NCBI GenBank assembly: GCA_963802335.1
Contig: CAWDIE010000002.1
Coordinates: 172,629-236,628, forward strand
Length of the DNA: 64,000 nucleotides
Source: an uncultured Planctomycetota bacterium
GTDB taxonomy: Bacteria; Planctomycetota; PLA2; JAEUHO01
Direction of reading: 5' to 3'
Shown: positions 29,559-41,161 of the stretch, one piece after another
Numbering within the stretch: position 1 is the stretch's first letter
How the letters are laid out: each line of letters starts with the position of its first letter
Position numbers and translations under genes: made by a program
The notes under the pieces: model-generated
What the model was told of the DNA's origin: nothing
The model's input: the letters and a program-made list of their open reading frames with translations, nothing else
Database searches by the model: none

Positions 29559-31310
29559 CTACGGCTTGACGGAGAGGAGCTCGAAGATCGGCGTGAGCTG
29601 TGTGCGGCCCTTCACCTGGATGGGTTCGAGGGCTTTGACCTCGACGTAGTCCTTCACGAGATCGTAGGTCGTGTCGCTCAGCAGCACGGTCATCCCCTTG
29701 GCGACCTCCTGCAGACGCTTGGCCAGGTTCACGCTGTCGCCCATGGCCGTGTAGTCGAGCCGCTTGGGGCTGCCCACGTTGCCGACGACCGCTTCGCCTG
29801 TATGGACGCCGATGCCGAACGCCAGCCGATCCGCTTCGGGCACGGTGGCGTGGTACCGCCGGATGTCTTCGAGCATGAGCGCCGCGGAGCGTACGGCCCT
29901 CAGCGCGTGATCCTCCTGCGGGCGCAGTGGGGTGTTGTAGAGCGCCATGACGGCGTCGCCCATGTACTTGTCGATGATGCCGTCGTGGGCGTGAATCGCA
30001 TCCGACGCCAGGGTCAGATAGGCGTTGATGATCTCCACGAGCTTGACCGGATCCAGCTTCTCCGAGAAGGTCGAGAAGCCACGGATGTCGCCGAACAGGA
30101 TCGTGATCAGCTCGCGCGTTCCGCCGAGCCGGAGATCCTGAGCGGCCTGGAGTCCATCCACGACCTCCGAAGGCAGGTACCGGCGCACCCCCGCGATCTG
30201 GGCCTCGCGCCGCTTCGCCTCGGTCTGGTCGTCCACCACGATGGCGACCCCCTGGGCGGCGTCGTGCGCGTCCATCAGGGGGCTGAGGTTCATGCTGAGG
30301 TAGGCGAGCCCTCGACGGGGCAGGTCCGCCTCGAACTCGATCGCCGAGAAGGTCTCTCCCGTTTCGCGGACCTGCGCCAGGAGGCTGCAGAATCGATCTC
30401 CCAGGGGGGGGAGAATGCTGGGCAACGGCTGGCCGATCGCGTCGTCTCCCTCTTGGTGGAGCATCTTTCGGGCTGGAGGGCTCAACAGCGTGACGCGGCC
30501 CTCGTTGTCCGCGGTCAGTACGCCCGAGGTGATGGAAGCGAAGATGTCGTCCTGGAGGCTCTTCATCTCCGAGATCTCGTCCAGCGTCGACTTGAGCCGT
30601 GTGAAGAGGCGCGCATTCTCGACGGCGACGCCCGCTTGGTGCGAGAAGGCTTGGAGCAACTCCCGGGTGGACTCGTCGAAGAGACCCGCCTGCAGCTTGT
30701 TGTCGGCGTAGATCACGCCCGTCACCTGGTCCTTCACGCGGAGCGGGACGCAGAGGATGGAGCGGAGCTGGAAGCTGACGATGCTCTTCGCGCCCTGGAA
30801 GCGCTCGTCCTCCTGCGCGTTGGTCGTGAGCACGGCCTCACCCGATTCCTCGACCCGACGCAGGATGCTCTGGCTCACGGTGTGGTGGTCGGAATCCGCC
30901 AGCGCGCTCGCATCCATGTTGCGGGCGACGCGGAACTCGAGCTCGCCGGTCTCCTCGTTGCGGAGCATCAGGTAGCCGCGCTCGGCTCCCGTGAGCTTGA
31001 TGATGGTGTCCATCACCTCGTTGAGGACCTGGTCGACTTCCAGCGAGGAGTTCACCAGCGCGGCCGTCTCCGCGAGCGCCCGCAGGTTCTTCGTCTCGCG
31101 CTCGAGCTTCTTCGAGGCGAGCGTCACCTTCTTCAGTCGGCTGTCGAGGTCGTTCAGCAGGTTGACGGCCAAGGGGGGGAGCCGCGGAACGGGCGTGGGG
31201 GAGGGGCCCCGCGGCCGGACCAGGAGATTCTTGAGATCTGCGGCGGCGCGGGTGAGGCCGTCGAGTTCGCCGGCGAGCGAGTCCCCCGGAGCGCGCGAAC
31301 GATCGGACAT
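29559..31310 (-). CDS. GAF-PAS class III adenylate cyclase
   Basis: GAF (AERG, LCVPL, GVIYAD, ENARL), PAS, and cyclase motifs FGDIRGFS, DKYMGDAVM and DYTAMGDSVNLAKRL with the Lys/Asp ATP-specificity pair. Confidence 0.93.
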   Translation of the reverse strand: MSDRSRAPGDSLAGELDGLTRAAADLKNLLVRPRGPSPTPVPRLPPLAVNLLNDLDSRLKKVTLASKKLERETKNLRALAETAALVNSSLEVDQVLNEVMDTIIKLTGAERGYLMLRNEETGELEFRVARNMDASALADSDHHTVSQSILRRVEESGEAVLTTNAQEDERFQGAKSIVSFQLRSILCVPLRVKDQVTGVIYADNKLQAGLFDESTRELLQAFSHQAGVAVENARLFTRLKSTLDEISEMKSLQDDIFASITSGVLTADNEGRVTLLSPPARKMLHQEGDDAIGQPLPSILPPLGDRFCSLLAQVRETGETFSAIEFEADLPRRGLAYLSMNLSPLMDAHDAAQGVAIVVDDQTEAKRREAQIAGVRRYLPSEVVDGLQAAQDLRLGGTRELITILFGDIRGFSTFSEKLDPVKLVEIINAYLTLASDAIHAHDGIIDKYMGDAVMALYNTPLRPQEDHALRAVRSAALMLEDIRRYHATVPEADRLAFGIGVHTGEAVVGNVGSPKRLDYTAMGDSVNLAKRLQEVAKGMTVLLSDTTYDLVKDYVEVKALEPIQVKGRTQLTPIFELLSVKP

Positions 31311-31644
31311 GCGACTCCCTCCGCCGATGGCCTCCGAACGGTACATGTACCACGGTCGCCCCCGTCGCCCGGCATGCAGCGCCGCGCCGCGGGGCAGCGC
31401 TCTGGCCTGCCTGACCGCTCCCCCCTGTCGCCCGGTCGAAGCACGAGCGGTCGCCGGCGCGAGCGCTCGGGGCCCCTGGTGGGACGAGGCATGACCTTGG
31501 CCTCAGTCTTTGGTCCTAAACTCTTCCTAAATGTCTTCTGGCCGCATGCGATGGCCTCCCCGGATGGAGGCGGATCTCGTAAGGTACGTCATCACGCGTC
31601 CGGGCACGGCGGACGGATGAATGGCCTCGTCCGAGGAGGGATGT

Positions 31645-32636
31645 ATGCGTTCCGCGACCCGTCTGATGCTCTGTCTTGCCTTGCTCGCCGCTGTGACCTT
31701 CGGGGTTTTCGCGCAGCCCGCCCATGCCGGCCCGATCGTCGAGGGGAGCGCTCTACGGCGTGTTCTCCCAGTCGGGCTCCTTCGGTGAGGGATACGACCC
31801 GACCGAAGCAGTACACCGTCGTGCGCTTCCTGGACTTCGGGGGCGCGGCACTACCCGGACAGTCTGCAGCCCATTGCCTGGCCGTCCGTCGGCAACTTCG
31901 ACCCCTTCGCTCCCGATTCCGGTGTCGTGCCGGGCGGCGAGTTCTTCCTGATCGGTAGTGTCACGGGCGGGCCCGGGTTGGAGAACGACCACCTGATCCT
32001 CAGCGTTGATGGCGCGGACCGAGGGCACCCACCGAGCTGTTCACACTTCTTCGTCAGCCCATCCGAGGGGCCGCTGCACGACGAATCTCATTGCGTGGTA
32101 CCGCCGGAGTATGCGCCGGGCAGGTCCCGTCGAGACGGTCATCCGCGGCACTTCTGGGCCAACTACGGCGAGGAGGGCGTCGGTCAGAACGTCGCCAGCG
32201 AGTTCTTCGGCCTGGATCTGCTGGATGGCGGCCCTTTCAGCGGGACAGCAAGGGCGCTGTCGTGCAACTCATCCAGCGGAACCTACGAGTTCGACGGCGG
32301 GTCCGAGGATCTATTCGGCTACAACCCGGACGGGGCTCGACGTGCTCTCTGCGACCTCTGTCTGGGCTCGTCTCTCGACAGCTCTGAGTCCTCCGAAGGT
32401 GGCGAACGCTGTTCGTCTACACGCTGTCAGCACTTCTTGCGACTGTGACCCGGGCAACGAGCACTTCATCACGGCGGGCTCGGACCGGAATCACGTCGCT
32501 CCGAATCAGTTCGAGTACCCGTAACGGGGACGATCGATCGTGAACCCCGTCCCGGAGCCGGCCTCGCTCGTGCTCCTGGGCTCGTCGCTCATCGTCGGGG
32601 TACGGCGTTCGCCGCCGCCGTCAGCGCGCGGCCTAG
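31645..32636 (+). pseudogene. PEP-CTERM-sorted secreted protein broken by multiple frameshifts (pseudogene or read errors)
   Basis: GAGGAGG RBS; signal peptide MRSATRLMLCLALLAAVTFGVFAQPAHA-GPI; coherent acidic segments in shifting frames; terminal VPEPASLVLLGSSLIVGVRR. Confidence 0.75.
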
Positions 32637-32749
32637 TCCCTGCACCGAGCCCTCCGAGGGCCCCGCGTCCCTCCGCCCACGGGCGAGGAACGAGGGGCCT
32701 TCCTCATTTTCGGCGTGCCTCAGCCGCCCGGGTCCTGGCCTCGAATGGG

Positions 32750-35700
32750 CCTAGCTCGCGGGCCGGCCAGCGGATGCGTGAGGTAGTGATCGCGGTGCAG
32801 CGGATCCTGGATCTCCTCGGCCCGAGCGGCGACGAGCTCGCGCGCCCGCTCCAGGTACGTTGCGCCATCGTTACCAAGGACCGTCCCCAGCACGTAGCAG
32901 ATGTCCGGGCCCTCCTTGGTCGGCAGCTCTCGCCTGTCCCCACCACGGCGGCCAGGCGCTCGGCGAGCGACCGGCGCCTGCGTCTGCGTTCTCCGAGCAG
33001 CCACGTCGCCCAGATCGCGGTACGCGGCCAGGAGCGTGCGCGTGATGGGGGCGCTGGCCGGCCGTCGTCGGCCGTCGCGCAGGCTTCCTCCAGGATGGGT
33101 AGGGCCTCGCGGGTGCCGTGGCCGAGAAGAGCGTCGCGGCGCCCTGGGCCTGTAGGACCGTCACCCGCAGGCGTGGGCTCTCCAGCCGTCGGCCAAGGCC
33201 AGGGCGCGCTCGAAGCAGGCGCGTGCGCCGTGGCCTCGTCGCCCTGCTCGGACCGGCATCGCGGCCGAGGAGCGTCTCGAACTCGAGCTGGACGGGCTTC
33301 GCCCCTGCTCCCTCGGCCAGCGCCGAGTCCCTCCTCCAGCGCCTCCGCGGGCCTCCTCGAAGCGCCCGAAGTCCTGGGCCGTCTTCGCCCAGGCGCGAAG
33401 TGCGTCGATCGACACCGCTCTGCGCGCCGCGCCTGACGGAAGATCGTCAGGGCCCGGTCGAGACACTCCCGGGCGGCCACCTCGTAGCCCAGCGCTGCGT
33501 ACGCGCGCCCCAGATTGCAGGTCGGATGGCCCTCCGCGATCAGGCTGCCCAGGCGCTGCGCGATCCGGATGGCCTCCTGGAACCGCGCGGTGGCTTCCTG
33601 GAGGCGCCGCTGACTCACCAAGGTGTTGCCGATGTTGTTCAGCAGCGCGCACTCGCCACGCAGATCGCCGAGCTCGCGGAAGATCGCCAGCGCCTGCTCC
33701 TTGGCCTCCAGGGCGCCTTCCTCTTCTCCCAAGTCCGGCATCACGGTTCCCAGCGAAGCGAGGCTGCGGGCTTCGCCGTGGCGATCGCCGATCTCCTGGC
33801 GGATGGCAAGCGCCTCGCGCCAGTGCTGGGCGCACGCCCCGAACTCGCCCCAGTGCCGCACGACCGCACCCAGCGTATGAAGGGCATTCGCTTCCCACTG
33901 ACGGCTTCCCGCTTCACGAGCCAGGGCCAGGGCTCTTGTCGCCTTCGCGTGCGCCGCTTCGTAGTCGCCCGGTGCGCCAGTCCGTGACTCCCTGGAGGCA
34001 GGCAACCTGCGACTGTCGGTCCGGCGTCGTTCGCCGCCTCGGCGAGACCGAGAGCCTCCTCCAGGATCGCGACCTGGTCCGCGCGGCGGCCGAGGGCGCC
34101 GTAGCAGTCCCACTGGCGTCGGGCTACGTCGAACCGAATGGCCGGTTCTGCGTCTGCGATGGCCTTCTTCACCCGCTCGAGGAACGCCGCCACGTACGTC
34201 GCGTGGTAGTTACCCACGGCATGGGCACTAGCCGCCACGGCGAGCGGCGATACCTCGTCCTCGCGCTCACCCGCGATCAAATGGCGCACCACCTCGAAGG
34301 CCACGGCGGGCGGCGGAGGCTCCTCTTCGTGTGCCTCGAGCAGCGTGTCCGCCGCGAGGGAGTGGTACTCGGTCCTCAAGTCCGGGGAGATCCCCTGGTA
34401 GAGGACCTCCGCGATCTGTCGCGTGGCGAAGCGGAAGGAGTCCTTGCCCGAGCTTCGCAGGACGCGGTACTTCCGCTCGAGCAGGGCGAGCCGCTTGAGC
34501 AGCTTGATCCGACGCTCTTCCAGCATCTTGGCCACGATGGATGCCTGGAACTCGTGGCCGAGAATGGCGGCGGTCTCGAGGGTCTCGCGAAGGTCCTCGT
34601 CGAGATTGGCCAACTTGAAGTGGATGAGCTGGGCGACCTTGGACGGCACCTCGAAGAGCCCGACCTCGCGCGTCAGAACGAACCCCGTCTCGTCGGGGGC
34701 GAGCGCCCCCGTGGCCTTGAGCTGGGCGATGACCTCGAGGATGAGGAGGGGATTGCCCTCCGACCGTCGGAAGAGGAGGTCCCCCAGGGCGTGCACGGTC
34801 TTCTGGTGGACCACGACTTCGCGCACGAGGACATCACACTCCGCGCGTGCCAACTGCTCGATCGGTAGGGCGTCGACGTTCTCACGGCCTGCGGTCTCCG
34901 AGAGGAGACGGTGCAGGCGCGAGCCTTCCTCCACCTGCTCGTCGTCGTAGATCCCGAGGAGCAGGAGGTTCGCGTCGCCCAGGTTGCGCGCGAGGAAATC
35001 GAGCAGATCGAGGCTGTCCTCGGCGGCCAGATGGAGGTCTTCGAGCACGACGACGACCGGACGCTCCTGCGCGGCGCGGTGCAGCAGGGCATCGAAGGCC
35101 GCCAGCAAGGCGTCCTGGGATAGCGGCGGGGCCCCCTCGGAGAGATCGGCGAGGATGAAGCTCGCCAGCGGGCCCACGACGCCCGGCCGGTCCGGCAGCA
35201 TGGCCGCCAGGCGTTCTTCCAACTCGCCGCGTCGATCGCCCGTCGCCTCGTCGTCGATTTCGAGGAGGTCGTGCGCAACGTCCACGAACGGCTGGTAGGC
35301 GCGCCCCCCTTTGCCAACGGCGCGGCCGGCTGCCACGCACGGGCCACCCGGGGCGTTCAGCCCTTCGAGGAACTCGTAGACCACGCGGGACTTCCCTACA
35401 CCCGAAGGGCCGCGCACGAAGGCCATGCGCCCGGCTCCGGCGCCCGCGTGCGCGAACACTGCGTGCAGGCGATCGAGTTCCTCGTCCCGGCCGATCAAGC
35501 CGACTTCCCGGTTCATCCGCAGGCGCTTCAGGGCCCGCTCGGATCCGGAGGCCTCCCGTGTCGTCGCTCGCGACTGCCACCACGCGCTCTGGGGGCCCTC
35601 GCTCAGGATGCTCCGCATCTCCCCGGCCGAGGCGAAACGGCTCGTCGGCTCGCGCTCGAGGCAGGTGCTGATGACCTCGTCCCAGAAGGGGTCGATGTCC

Positions 35701-36440
35701 GCCTGGAGATCCCTCGGGCGCGTCAGGTCACCCGAGAGCTTCTGGGAGAAGAGAGAAACCACGTCCTCGGCCTCGAACGCGCGGCGTCCCGTGGCCAACT
35801 CGAAGAGAACGGCCCCGAAGCTGTAGATGTCGGCGGGTTCCAGAATCTCGGCGTCCGCGTCGAGCTGCTCGGGCGCGGCGTAGTGCAGCGATCCCACGAA
35901 CTCCCCGCTCTCGGTCAGGGTGTGCCCGCGCATCGCGAGTCGGGCGACACCGAGGTCCATGATCAGGACCTTGTGGGAGGTCGTGATGACGATGTTCTCG
36001 GGCTTGATGTCCCGGTGGATTACACCGTGCTCGTGGATGGCCTGCAGGCCCGCGAGCGCCTGGTCCCCAATGAGGTAGAGAAGGTGGTCGGGGACCACGC
36101 CGAGCTCGGTTCGAAGGTCGTCGAGGGTCTGCCCTTCGACGTACTCCAACACCATGTAGTGGCAGGGCGTGCCGTCGAGATCGGCTTGTCCTGCCGCGTG
36201 CGTGCGAACGACGTTCGGGTGATCGAGGGCCTGCCCGATCTCTCCCTCGCGCTGAAACCGCGCGAAGTTGCGCTCGTCGGCGACCAACTCCGCATGAAGC
36301 GCCTTGATCGCGACCTCGGTCCCCGCCGGACCGGCCGGGCCATCGGCCGTGGAGACCGCCCGGTACACCGAACCCATGCCACCCCGGCCGAGTTCCTCGG
36401 CAACCTGGTAGATGTCGAGTGTGGTGCCTTCGAGCTTCAC
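32750..36440 (-). CDS. Ser/Thr kinase - AAA/STAND ATPase - TPR protein; several frameshifts in the TPR part, 3' end approximate
   Basis: LGRGGMG, VAIK, HRDIKPEN, DLG, APE; Walker A GPSGVGKS and Walker B VVVLEDLH; EGNPL; TPR-like EALAIRQEIGDRHGEA in ORF 32704..34113; GTG start with GGAGG. Confidence 0.85.
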
Positions 36441-36586
36441 GTACCCCTCCCCGGGGAGGCTTGATTCTACGGAGGGCCGGGCCAAAGAGCGCTCCCCCCC
36501 TGAATCCACGGGCCTGTCCGCGTCCCTCGCCCACGCCAGCGGCTTCGGCGTGTGCCGGTCGGTGCCGACACGCCCTCCCGGTTTCG

Positions 36587-37270
36587 TCAGTCGGGAAGGC
36601 GTGCCACATCGAACACGCGGGCCCGGAAGTACGAGAAGCGGCCCTCCTCGAGATCCCACCAGACCTCGGCCGTGGCGGGCACACGAAGGCCACCGCCGCG
36701 TGTCTCGCCGCCGAAGCGGCCGCCCCACGGAGTGAGCTCGGTCTTCCCACCCACGGCGCGCGGGCGTGCCGCCGCGTGGACCTCGCGCACGCGCCCGTCG
36801 TCCTCCACGACGAGGTCCACGACCGCTTGTCCCCCAGGCGAAGGCGTCGCGACGCGAAGCCGGTTCGCATCGATTGCCATCACGTCGAGGGCGCGACTTG
36901 TGAGTAGCGCGCACGGGCACCACGGCAGCTCGGCCAGGTAGCGCTGCGCTTGGGCCAGGCTCGTCGCGTCGTCGGTCGCCCGCGCCAGGGGGAGGATCCC
37001 CCAGAGCCTTACCGTCAGGCTTCCTCGGCCGCGTTCGAAGGCATCGCACACGTGAATTTTCAGGGCCGGGCCCAGACGCACCCGGGCGCGCCACGAGAAG
37101 CCCACCGTCACGGCGCTCATGGTCTGCGTGGCTCGGAATGGCAGCCAGGGCTTGCCCGGCGCCAGGCGAAACTCACCTTCCTGCCGAAAGCGTACGCCCC
37201 CCGCGCACGTCTCCCCCGCGGTCAGCGACCACGCGCGCAGGCGATCGAGCGGGGAGGTCGGCGGTGACAT
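36587..37270 (-). CDS. DUF6544-like conserved protein
   Basis: QEGEFR...WLPFRATQ, FSWRARV, RYLAELPWCP and TPWGG pattern (family recalled from memory). Confidence 0.7.
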   Translation of the reverse strand: MSPPTSPLDRLRAWSLTAGETCAGGVRFRQEGEFRLAPGKPWLPFRATQTMSAVTVGFSWRARVRLGPALKIHVCDAFERGRGSLTVRLWGILPLARATDDATSLAQAQRYLAELPWCPCALLTSRALDVMAIDANRLRVATPSPGGQAVVDLVVEDDGRVREVHAAARPRAVGGKTELTPWGGRFGGETRGGGLRVPATAEVWWDLEEGRFSYFRARVFDVARLPD

Positions 37271-37300
37271 GCCGGAGCTCTACGGCTGCAGCAATCCGGG

Positions 37301-38320
37301 CTACCGGCCGTAGAAACCACTTCGCATCTGGGAACCCCGGAGTACGCGCTGGTAGAAGCTGTTGGCCTCGGGACTCTCGGGATCGAGCGCCAGCGCGTCG
37401 TTGGCCATCCCCAGCGCGTCGTCGTACGCGCGCCGAATCAGGTAGACGCTGCCTGCGTGGATGTAGGCGTTGATTGCGTCCCGCACGGCCACGCTGCGGA
37501 CCTCGTCGATGTAGGCGAGCATGGCATCGTCGCCCGTGGCCATCGCCGACAGCTTGTCGAGGTCCTTGATGGCCTTCTCGAAGCGCTTTGCCGCCGTCTT
37601 GAAGACGTCCTTCGAGCGGTTCGTGCTCTTGGTCCGCAACCCCTTTGTCACGAGATCCTGCGCCTTGCGGATCCTGGCCTCAATCGGAGCGATCTTCTGA
37701 ACCACCCGCTCCTGGGTCTTGATCGCGGCGGCCTCATCCTTGGGGAGATAGCGGACCATGCTGGTCACGAAGCGTTCCTGGTCAGCGTTCAACTGCCAGA
37801 GGTGGACGGAGGCGAGCAACTGACGAGCCTCCTCAGCCGCCTTCGTGCCTTCCAGCTCCGTCAGGATCTTCGAGGTGACGCTCTTTGCCTGCTTCCAGTC
37901 CTCGCGCTTCACGGCTCGCCGGGCGAGGTCGAGGAGGCGCTCGGCAATCCCCTCCTTGATCTTCGGGACGATCTCCGTCTCGAACTTCTTGACGAGGTCC
38001 TTGTCCAGGCGCTCTGCCTTGTGGTACTGGCTCCGTGCCTGGTTGAACATGCCGTTTTCGAACGCGTAGACGGCTAGTCGCAGGTGGGACTCGGCGTCCT
38101 TGTCGATGCGCTTCGACCACTCCGTATAAAAGTAGTGGGGGTCCAGATCGTCCGGGGCGATGACGACGGTCTTGCCCTGCGCGACCACGGCGATGCCTTC
38201 CTTCCCGACCGCCTGGATCTCACCCTCGATGGAGTCGCCGGTGAGCATGAGGATTTCGTCCGCGGCCAGAGCGGGCAAGACGAAAACGGTGACCATCAGG
38301 AAGGGAAGCATCCAGCGCAT
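37301..38320 (-). CDS. Secreted helical/TPR-like hypothetical protein
   Basis: Signal peptide ending ALA-A; TPR-like ALALDPESPEA; GGAG RBS. Confidence 0.75.
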   Translation of the reverse strand: MRWMLPFLMVTVFVLPALAADEILMLTGDSIEGEIQAVGKEGIAVVAQGKTVVIAPDDLDPHYFYTEWSKRIDKDAESHLRLAVYAFENGMFNQARSQYHKAERLDKDLVKKFETEIVPKIKEGIAERLLDLARRAVKREDWKQAKSVTSKILTELEGTKAAEEARQLLASVHLWQLNADQERFVTSMVRYLPKDEAAAIKTQERVVQKIAPIEARIRKAQDLVTKGLRTKSTNRSKDVFKTAAKRFEKAIKDLDKLSAMATGDDAMLAYIDEVRSVAVRDAINAYIHAGSVYLIRRAYDDALGMANDALALDPESPEANSFYQRVLRGSQMRSGFYGR

Positions 38321-38552
38321 CTTGGGTCTCCTTGCGGGGCCTAGGACCTTACCTCTGGATGCGGGACGGATTCAACGTCGCGTCGAGGGGCCGCCGCCGC
38401 GCCAGGACCGCCTTCGGGTGTCGTGAGAACGAGCGGTGCCCCGCGGCACCGCCGGCCACGACGGGGGGATGGTAGATTTCCATGCGCGGCCACGGCGGCT
38501 CTCCCCCGTGCCCGGTCATCGGCCCCTCCTCTCGTGGAACCGGACCCCCTCC

Positions 38553-40259
38553 ATGCATGCTCCGACCCTGTCCTTCGAGTACCTGCGGCAGCAGATCGTC
38601 GGCGTCGATTCGACGTTCGAGACGCCCTTCGGGCGGCGCATGATGGTCTACTGCGACTACACCGCGTCCGGGCGTTGCCTCAACTTCGTCGAGCGCTACC
38701 TCCAAGGGTTGCAGCGGATCTACGCCAACACGCATACGGAGGACGATCGGACCGGGCGGAGCATGACCCAGCTCCTTCACGAAGCCGAGGCCAGCATCAA
38801 GCGGGCCGTCAACGCGGGCCCCCACGGACGTCTGATCGCCTGCGGGACGGGGGCGACGGGAGCCATCGACAAGTTCCAGCAACTGGTCGGGGTCGCGCTG
38901 CCACCCGTCACGCGTGACCGCTTGCGTGCCAAGGCGCAGGCCTTCTTGGGCGAGGACAAGGTCGCCGAGTTCCAAGCGTTCCAGCGCGACCAGCAGACGG
39001 TCGTGTTCGTCGGCCCCTACGAGCACCACTCGAACGAGGTGTCGTGGCGAGAGGGGCTCGCCACGGTCGTCGATGTCGGGCTGCTTCCGGACGGCGGGAT
39101 CGATCTGGAGCACCTCGAGGCATTGCTGAAGGATCCGCGTTACCTCGACCGCCCGCGCATCGGCTCGTTCTCGGCGGCGTCCAACGTGACCGGCATGCGT
39201 TCGCCTGTGCCTGAGATCGCCCGCCTTCTGCACCGGCACGGCGCGATGGCCTGCTTCGACTACGCGGCCAGCGGGCCCTACGTCCGGATCGACATGAATC
39301 CGGCGGACGATCCCGAGGCTGCGCTCGACGCAGTCTTCATTTCGCCGCACAAGTACCTGGGGGGGCCCGGGTCCAGTGGAGTCCTGGTCTTCAACGAGCA
39401 TCTGTACCGACGCGATCTGCCGCCGAGCGTGAGCGGCGGAGGAACGGTCGACTACGTGAGCCCGACCGATCAGGACTTCGTCCGGGACATCGAGGAGCGG
39501 GAGAAGGCGGGCACGCCCGGCGTCCTGCAGACCCTGAAAGCGGCCCTTGCGTTCGAGGTCAAGAACGCGGTGGGCGTGGACCGCATCGAGGCGCGCGAGA
39601 CCGAGCTGCTCGAGCGTGCCATCGGACGCTGGCAAGCGCACCCGCGCATCGAGATCCTCGGCAATCCCGACCCCAGGCGTCGCGTGAACATCGTGTCCTT
39701 CAATCTCCGCGATGCATCGGGCCTCTACCTGCACCCCAAGCTCGTGACCGTGCTCCTGAACGACCTGTTCGGTATCCAGTCCCGGGCCGGGTGCTCATGC
39801 GCGGGACCGTATGGACACCGCCTGCTCGGCATCGACCAAGACACATCCGAGGCCTACCGCGCCTGGGTTCGGAAGGGGTACCAGGGCATCAAACCCGGTT
39901 GGTGCCGCGTGGGTTTCCACTACGTGATGGACGATTGCGAGGCCGACTACGTCCTGCAAGCCGTCGAGTTCCTCGCGGAGCACGGCCACCGGTTCATGCC
40001 GCTCTACACCTTCGATGCGGGCACCGGTGCCTGGACGCACCGCACGTTCGATGAGTCGGAAGAGCGATTCTCCCTGGAGGCGGCCCTCGAGTACGCGGAC
40101 CCGACGGAGACGGCGCTTGCCTCCGACATACGACGCCACGTCTATGCGTCCTACCTCAACGAGGCGACGCGCCTTGCACAGGAGCTCGGTGAGCCTGAGC
40201 CGTCCACCCGACCCGATCTCCAGGAGACCTTCGGCGACCTGCAGTTCTTCGCCTGCTGA
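38553..40259 (+). CDS. Class V PLP-dependent aminotransferase / SufS-like cysteine desulfurase family
   Basis: DYTASGR, YANTH, YEHHSN, SNVTG, SPHKYLGGPG (PLP Lys intact) and RAGCSCAGPY motifs. Confidence 0.9.
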   Translation: MHAPTLSFEYLRQQIVGVDSTFETPFGRRMMVYCDYTASGRCLNFVERYLQGLQRIYANTHTEDDRTGRSMTQLLHEAEASIKRAVNAGPHGRLIACGTGATGAIDKFQQLVGVALPPVTRDRLRAKAQAFLGEDKVAEFQAFQRDQQTVVFVGPYEHHSNEVSWREGLATVVDVGLLPDGGIDLEHLEALLKDPRYLDRPRIGSFSAASNVTGMRSPVPEIARLLHRHGAMACFDYAASGPYVRIDMNPADDPEAALDAVFISPHKYLGGPGSSGVLVFNEHLYRRDLPPSVSGGGTVDYVSPTDQDFVRDIEEREKAGTPGVLQTLKAALAFEVKNAVGVDRIEARETELLERAIGRWQAHPRIEILGNPDPRRRVNIVSFNLRDASGLYLHPKLVTVLLNDLFGIQSRAGCSCAGPYGHRLLGIDQDTSEAYRAWVRKGYQGIKPGWCRVGFHYVMDDCEADYVLQAVEFLAEHGHRFMPLYTFDAGTGAWTHRTFDESEERFSLEAALEYADPTETALASDIRRHVYASYLNEATRLAQELGEPEPSTRPDLQETFGDLQFFAC

Positions 40260-40268
40260 TCCCGATGT

Positions 40269-41072
40269 CTAGAGGGTCACCCACGCCGAGGGCGCGTCGC
40301 GGGGGGCAAGGGTGACCTCCAGGCCGGCGCGCGCGAGCGGGACCGCCGTCGCGAGGGCACGCTCAGGCGTGTTGCAGTTGCCCGAGAGGTGGGACAGCAC
40401 CACGGCACGAAGGCCCGATCCACGGGTGCTCATGACCAGTTCGACGGATTCCTCGTTGGCCAGATGACCGTGGGGGCCGGCGATTCGCTCCTTCAAGTGG
40501 AGTGGGTAGGGCCCGAGCTCCAGGAGCTGGGGGTCGTAGTTCGACTCCAGGAAGGCGGCGTCGAGCCTAGTAAAGACGTCCCGCAGCCCATCGAACACGT
40601 GACCGAGGTCCGTCAGGATGCCGAGCCGGCACCCCTCTGCCTCCACCACGAAGACGGCGCTGCCTTCCGCATCGTGCGGGGTGGCCACCGTGTGGACGCG
40701 GGTTGCGCCGAAGTCGACCGTGCTGCCCGGCGCGAAGCGGCCGCGCTGCTCCACGCGCCCGACCTTCCCGTCGATCCGCCGCCAGGTCCCCGCAGAGGCG
40801 AGCACGGGGACGTGGTGGCGGCGGGCGATCACACCCGCGCCGCAGACATGGTCGTGATGGCCGTGTGAGAGCAGCACGGCATCCAGACTGTCCAACCCCA
40901 CACCTCGGAGCGCGGCGCGCGCAGCCAGTGTGCGCCCAGACACGCCGACGTCGAATAGCAGGCGCGCGTCGCCTGTCTCGACGTAGATGGCGTTCCCGTT
41001 GGAACCGCTGGCCAGGGCGACGGCGCGCACGTGAATCGGACCTCCCGAACCCGGAGTGAGACGAGCACCCAT
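40269..41072 (-). CDS. MBL-fold metallohydrolase (YycJ/WalJ-like)
   Basis: LASGSNGN, SHGHHDH, HDA, TDLG, ESNYD, GHL and HLS motifs; start uncertain (41030 or 41072). Confidence 0.9.
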   Translation of the reverse strand: MGARLTPGSGGPIHVRAVALASGSNGNAIYVETGDARLLFDVGVSGRTLAARAALRGVGLDSLDAVLLSHGHHDHVCGAGVIARRHHVPVLASAGTWRRIDGKVGRVEQRGRFAPGSTVDFGATRVHTVATPHDAEGSAVFVVEAEGCRLGILTDLGHVFDGLRDVFTRLDAAFLESNYDPQLLELGPYPLHLKERIAGPHGHLANEESVELVMSTRGSGLRAVVLSHLSGNCNTPERALATAVPLARAGLEVTLAPRDAPSAWVTL

Positions 41073-41161
41073 TCTGCCCCGCCGCGGTGACGTGCGCTTG
41101 GCATCCCGTCCTGCACCGTATCGTGGCGCCGGGATCACCGCCGATGCCCCAGGGAGCCGTC

